A stretch of 64,000 bases of DNA, from contig CM060732.1 of the NCBI GenBank assembly GCA_030704615.1, positions 26,970,001 through 27,034,000 on the forward strand, given 5' to 3'. Source of the stretch: Takakia lepidozioides (taxonomy: Eukaryota; Plantae; Bryophyta). Of the stretch, positions 63,701-64,000 are shown one piece after another. Position 1 is the stretch's first letter, and each line of letters begins with the position of its first letter. Both the position numbers and the translations under genes were made by a program. Under the pieces are notes generated by a model, which worked only from the letters and a program-made list of their open reading frames with translations, ran no database searches and was not told the DNA's origin.

Positions 63701-64000
63701 ACAAGTTTGTGCAATCAGACAGCGTTGCAGCCGGACACGCTCTGCACAAGGCAACCACGAGCGGGGGTTCATTAGCAAGGACAAGTTTGTTCTGTTTGAA
63801 GGAGATGCAGTCATTCGCAATGAGGACACCTGCAACCATCTCAAAGCTTTCGAGTTGAGAGACTATCAGACCCTACCTTTGTTTTCTTTAGTGTTCAGTG
63901 AGCGGGAGATAGCAGAGTGTTGCTTTGTCTCTACTTGGCAGAAAGAGGAGGAGGGTTGGTTAGAGCGAGCTACTGTAGCTTGGGACAAGGTTAGTGGCAG

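Noticed and set aside
59830-64000. Retrotransposon (LTR or LINE ORF1) remnants
   Set aside because: Composition is suggestive, but no gag, RT, integrase or endonuclease motif, PBS or paired LTR could be identified.

Overview
Eukaryotic, intron-containing plant nuclear DNA, most likely from a non-seed land plant (bryophyte-like PAL C-terminus, PLS-type PPR repeats; the taxon is an inference). The one clearly intact gene is a 3-exon phenylalanine ammonia-lyase (4441-7518). Its upstream region holds several MITE/TIR elements, and it is bracketed by two inverted copies of a dispersed repeat. From ~12.4 to ~48.3 kb is a nest of DNA transposons: (i) a degraded Mutator-like (MULE) element with GCM-like Zn, DDE and SWIM domains; (ii) a CACTA element with both TIRs and an ACA target-site duplication (18544-35852), inserted into it; (iii) a second CACTA end at 40284; (iv) two satellite-like arrays of degenerate OSB-PDF/PPR gene fragments. 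The most striking signal is a multi-exon gene family present in three degenerate copies. The most complete copy (26655-31537) joins an N-terminal ParB/Srx-like domain (VWDGNHRL) to a C-terminal beta-class N6-adenine/N4-cytosine DNA methyltransferase-like domain (DMIILDIPDG ... VLDLICGTG ... LLAYEED). The copies travel with phased arrays of a 20-26 bp palindrome with core TGCGGYRCCGCA and family-specific flanks, which also occurs singly in the genes' introns. This resembles a transposon-borne ParB/parS-like plus methyltransferase module. A probably damaged pepsin-like aspartic protease gene lies at 51.5-54.6 kb (minus strand). The last ~9 kb could not be interpreted. All domain calls come from visual motif recognition, not database searches.
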